From: Sinorhizobium meliloti
GTDB taxonomy: Bacteria; Pseudomonadota; Alphaproteobacteria; Rhizobiales; Rhizobiaceae
Length of the DNA: 32,000 bases
Direction of reading: 5' to 3'
Assembly (NCBI RefSeq): GCF_017876815.1
Contig: NZ_JAGIOS010000001.1
Coordinates: 2,460,001-2,492,000, forward strand
The translations under genes and the position numbers were made by a program. The number at the start of each line of letters is the position of its first letter. Positions within the stretch are counted from its first letter, which is position 1. Under the pieces are notes generated by a model, which ran no database searches, was not told the DNA's origin, and saw only the letters and a list, made by a program, of their open reading frames with translations. Positions 28,979 through 32,000 of this stretch are shown one piece after another.

Positions 28979-29712
28979 GCATTCTCCGGCCACCAGCGCG
29001 GGCTTCGACCGCGCGGATAGGTTGCCTCCGGTTCAGCGGGCGGTTCCTGCACCAGCGCAGCGCGTGCCATCGCCGGATCGTCGAAGCTCATGTCCAGAAG
29101 ACCGGCGGCTGCTGCCATCTGGTTCCAGACCCATGAATTGCCGGTCTCGGTCGTGACGTCGTCGGCGACCTCAAGTCCAGCTGAGATGACCACCGAGCCG
29201 ACGAAGCAGCGGCCATAGATCAGCGGCACCGCCACGCCCTGCTCGGTGACGTTCTCCGGCCCGGAGAAGATGTAGTTTTCGCTCTTGTTGCCATCGTCGC
29301 CGGTCGGTCGCTTTGGCTTCGGCGACAGTAAGAGCGATGCCCCGAGCAGCAGACCGACGGTGATGCCGCCAGCAATGACGGTCGCCGCGACTCCGGTGAT
29401 CGCGCCGCCGGAGATCGCCGTGATGCCCGCCGCGATCCACGACACCGGGTCGATCCGCCCTTCGATGACCGGGCAGATATCGATCTCCTTGGCGACCGGC
29501 GCGTTCGCCACGTCAGGACAGTTCTTCTCGTCGCGCCAGTCGCCGTCGCAAATCAGCGCGTAATTCTTGACAGCGAGGAAGTCGCGGCGGAAACCGGGAT
29601 AGTTGGCCTCAAGCGCGGCAATCGCCTCGCGCGGCGAGTTGATGGCGAACTGATGCTCCGGCCCGTATCGTTCGGCCAGGACGCCGTGCAGCCGGACGTC
29701 GATCATCGTCAT
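28975..29712 (-). CDS. Tail assembly protein, lambda gpI homologue
   Basis: Sits between the K and J homologues. Has a hydrophobic Gly/Ala-rich segment AAGITAISGGAITGVAATVIAGGITVG, then YIFSGPENVTEQGVAVPLIYGR. Confidence 0.8.
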   Translation of the reverse strand: MTMIDVRLHGVLAERYGPEHQFAINSPREAIAALEANYPGFRRDFLAVKNYALICDGDWRDEKNCPDVANAPVAKEIDICPVIEGRIDPVSWIAAGITAISGGAITGVAATVIAGGITVGLLLGASLLLSPKPKRPTGDDGNKSENYIFSGPENVTEQGVAVPLIYGRCFVGSVVISAGLEVADDVTTETGNSWVWNQMAAAAGLLDMSFDDPAMARAALVQEPPAEPEATYPRGRSPRWWPENA

Positions 29713-30470
29713 GGCTCACTCCATGGCGAATAGCTGGCCGGAAGTTCGATGGGTGTTTCCTGAAGCGTCTCGTGCCGGAGATGCAGCACCGTCGCTTTCA
29801 TGTAGACGCCGCCATAAACCTCCCGCACCGACAGCCGACCGAGCATCTGGTGGAGCATGACGTTCGGGGAAAGGAACAGCCCGAGGTGATTGACGACGTT
29901 CGACGGCCAGATTTGCATGGCGATGACGTCGCAATGCTGCCAATCGTCCTCGACCTCGTGGAATCCGGCGTCCTTGAACTGGGTGGTGATGATGTCCTCG
30001 CCGTGCTCCCACCACAGCCACTTGCGTTCGAAATCCGGAATCTCGATCCCGGCATAGTCCTTGATGGCGTCGCGGATCAGCCCGAAGCAATCATGCGTTC
30101 CCCACGCCCATTTGCGACCGATCAGCGGCGCCCGCCAGCCAGAGGGCTCGAGGACGGCATGAGAACCAAGTGGCCACGAGACGATCAGCCAGGGCTTGCC
30201 GGTCGCCTCGCACATCGCCCTGTCGGCGTCGGATGCGACCGGCGGGCCATAGACGTGACTGTGAACGATGGCGTCGATCCGGTGCTCCTTCGCCAGCGCC
30301 ACGTATTCCTTCATGTCCATGACGAAGGTATCGAACTGTGTCGCCCGGTTGGTGACCGGATAGAACCGGTCCTCGGCGATGACGCCGCAGGATTCGAGCG
30401 GCTGGCATGCCTCGGCATGGGCGAGAGCGGCGGCAAGAGCGGTGTCGGACGGTTCGAACATGTCGTTCAT
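29709..30470 (-). CDS. Tail tip assembly protein, lambda gpK homologue (JAMM/MPN plus NlpC/P60 domains)
   Basis: JAMM motif E(SCG)...HSH-x7-S-xx-D (HSHVYGPPVASDAD) and NlpC/P60 catalytic Cys in WGTHDCFGLIRD. Confidence 0.88.
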   Translation of the reverse strand: MNDMFEPSDTALAAALAHAEACQPLESCGVIAEDRFYPVTNRATQFDTFVMDMKEYVALAKEHRIDAIVHSHVYGPPVASDADRAMCEATGKPWLIVSWPLGSHAVLEPSGWRAPLIGRKWAWGTHDCFGLIRDAIKDYAGIEIPDFERKWLWWEHGEDIITTQFKDAGFHEVEDDWQHCDVIAMQIWPSNVVNHLGLFLSPNVMLHQMLGRLSVREVYGGVYMKATVLHLRHETLQETPIELPASYSPWSEP

Positions 30471-31162
30471 TGCCGCACCAGCAACGACGCCGGAAACGCC
30501 GAGGTCCTTAGTACACTCTTGCCGAACCGCGCCTTGCAGGCGTCAAGCGTCTTGCGGCAGCGGTCGAGATTGGGATCGGTGGTCGGATTGCCGTTGATGT
30601 CCTCGACCGGTGGTCCGGCATAGGAGCATTCGGCGGATCGATAGGCCCACTGGCAGATACCGGCGATCACCTGTCGACGCGGCAGCATGACGCCATGCAC
30701 GTCGAACTTCACCGCCAGTTCGATCTCGACGAAGATCGGGTTCTCGTTGACCTTGCGGGCGACATAGAAGGTTTCGTCCGGGAATGCGGTCGCCGGATTG
30801 GCGTAGGGATTGCCATCGGGAAAGTTGGCCGCGTCGAGATATTTGCCGAGCGTCCGCTTGCGGATCACCTTGGCCTTGAGGCCGTCGCCGATAGACCTCA
30901 GATAATTGCCAAGCACGCCGCCGATGTTGGCCGCCGTCAAGGTTGGCCGCGGCAATTTCCCGGTCGCAGTGATCTCGAAACCGTCCACCATGATCGGGAT
31001 CGGATTGTAGGTCTGGCCCTGCCAGATCACCGCGCCACTGGTGATGGTCGTGCCCGGATGCCAGCGCAGCACCCCGCCGCCGATGGCGATGGCGTCGAAG
31101 ACGAACATCTCGACCATCTCCATCGCGCCAAGCTGTGTGACATCGGAGCGGACCGTCGTCAT
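30467..31162 (-). CDS. Minor tail protein, lambda gpL homologue
   Basis: 231 aa (lambda L is 232 aa). C-terminal four-Cys cluster CQWAYRSAEC...DRCRKTLDAC. ATG 31162 overlaps the gpM-like stop. Confidence 0.88.
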   Translation of the reverse strand: MTTVRSDVTQLGAMEMVEMFVFDAIAIGGGVLRWHPGTTITSGAVIWQGQTYNPIPIMVDGFEITATGKLPRPTLTAANIGGVLGNYLRSIGDGLKAKVIRKRTLGKYLDAANFPDGNPYANPATAFPDETFYVARKVNENPIFVEIELAVKFDVHGVMLPRRQVIAGICQWAYRSAECSYAGPPVEDINGNPTTDPNLDRCRKTLDACKARFGKSVLRTSAFPASLLVRQ

Positions 31163-31545
31163 GCGGTCACCCCGAAAGCCTGGACGAATTCCGCCGAGAG
31201 CGTGCCGCGCAATTCGGTGCGGTTGCCGCTGGCGGCGAATTTGGCGCGCAGCCAGTCGACCGTCCATTCGTCGCAATTGACCTGATAGTATTTTCCCGAC
31301 GACGGGTCGTAATAGGAAAACGAATTGCCGCGCTGCGCTTCGAGATAGGCAAGCATGTCGGCAATGACGTCGTCGGTCTTCATCTCGAAACGCAGCTGCC
31401 AACGACGCCGCTGGAAATTGATGCCGTCGAGCGTGCGCTGGGCATAACCGTCGCCGAACTGCGCGACGCGCAGGCGAAAACCGTCCGCCATCTGCGCAGG
31501 AAGCGCCGGACACCAGTCCCTGTCGGTGCCATCGAACGCCATCAC
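31159..31545 (-). CDS. Minor tail protein, lambda gpM homologue
   Basis: VAQFGDGYAQRTLDGIN and SAEFVQAFG parallel lambda M motifs VRFGDGYSQRAPAGLN and SAEFEQV. Confidence 0.85.
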   Translation of the reverse strand: MMAFDGTDRDWCPALPAQMADGFRLRVAQFGDGYAQRTLDGINFQRRRWQLRFEMKTDDVIADMLAYLEAQRGNSFSYYDPSSGKYYQVNCDEWTVDWLRAKFAASGNRTELRGTLSAEFVQAFGVTA

Positions 31546-32000
31546 GCCACCTGCCTCAAGATGCCACCGGGTTTCGATTCCTTGACGAGGATTGCCTGCA
31601 CCGCCTTCTCGATCTGCAGCCCGAGCCGCTTGCGGTCCTCGGTGGTCGCCGTCACCTGTCCGCGCGGCATGTCGATATTGATATCGCCGATGTTGTTGTT
31701 GATCGTTTCGCCACCGGCTGTCGGGCTGATACCGCGTCCGGCGATGTTGGCAAGACCGCCGAGCCCGGTGGCGGCAGTATCGAGGCCGTAGGGGATGGTG
31801 CCACCGCCGCCCGCTGCAGCGTTCAGTCCCGCCGGAGCCGTGGCCGAAGCGCCGGGAAAGAGGCCACTGAACAGCGGTCCCATCACGAACTTCTGCAGCG
31901 CCATCTTGGCCAGATCCGCGAGGATGCCCGCCAGCACGTCACGGAAGTCCTCGCCCGCAATGGCCGCATCCACGAAGCCCATCACGGCATCCTCGGCCCA
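31542..32000 (-). CDS. Tail tape measure protein, C-terminal part (5' end outside window)
   Basis: The ORF stays open to the window edge. It lies immediately upstream of the gpM homologue and has Gly/Ala-rich TMP-like C-terminal sequence. Confidence 0.7.
   Translation of the reverse strand, partial: WAEDAVMGFVDAAIAGEDFRDVLAGILADLAKMALQKFVMGPLFSGLFPGASATAPAGLNAAAGGGGTIPYGLDTAATGLGGLANIAGRGISPTAGGETINNNIGDINIDMPRGQVTATTEDRKRLGLQIEKAVQAILVKESKPGGILRQVA

Larger units (their letters stand above)
22048..32000 (-). mobile_element. Distal tail module of a lambda-like siphovirus prophage (or tail-derived element); continues beyond the window
   Basis: H-M-L-K-I-J synteny plus fibre cassettes, all on one strand and tightly coupled. 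The tRNA-side boundary lies somewhere in 20676-22047. Confidence 0.85.

Noticed and set aside
22048-32000. Alphaproteobacterial gene transfer agent (RcGTA-like) tail genes
   Set aside because: The K homologue carries a JAMM/MPN domain in addition to NlpC/P60, and a gpI homologue and separate fibre cassettes are present. That is the lambda pattern rather than the GTA g12-g15 pattern as I recall it. It cannot be fully excluded without the upstream genes.

Overview
High-GC alphaproteobacterial (Rhizobiaceae-like) chromosome; that assignment is inferred from gene content and repeat types. Positions 1-20.7 kb are ordinary core genome: aatA (partial), a LysR-controlled pair of oxidoreductases, carA, a GatB/YqeY-domain gene, dnaG, recQ, kbl-tdh, rpoD, a GYD-domain gene, an SLT-like lipoprotein, a DUF1428 gene, a yjbQ gene split by an ISAs1-family IS with a 10-bp target duplication, a SnoaL-like gene, a small secreted protein, a SIMPL/BP26-like gene and a tRNA with anticodon CAT. 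From about 22.0 kb to the window end, the minus strand carries the distal part of a lambda-type siphovirus tail module. Its order is tape measure (partial), gpM, gpL, gpK, gpI and gpJ homologues, most of them linked by 4-nt ATGA overlaps. Two tandem fibre genes follow, each with a small accessory gene, and then a small membrane protein. The two fibre genes share a 172-bp, 97%-identical block inside otherwise diverged sequence. The 1.4 kb between the tRNA and the last phage ORF holds an orphan 139-codon gene, a 43-codon hydrophobic ORF behind a hairpin, a compound terminator and a 38% G+C tract. No integrase lies on the tRNA side. The best leads are the dual fibre cassette and this junction region. 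I could not assign either to a known or new multi-gene system from sequence alone, and all homology calls rest on recognised motifs rather than searches. Many long antisense ORFs in the track are GC-driven artefacts.
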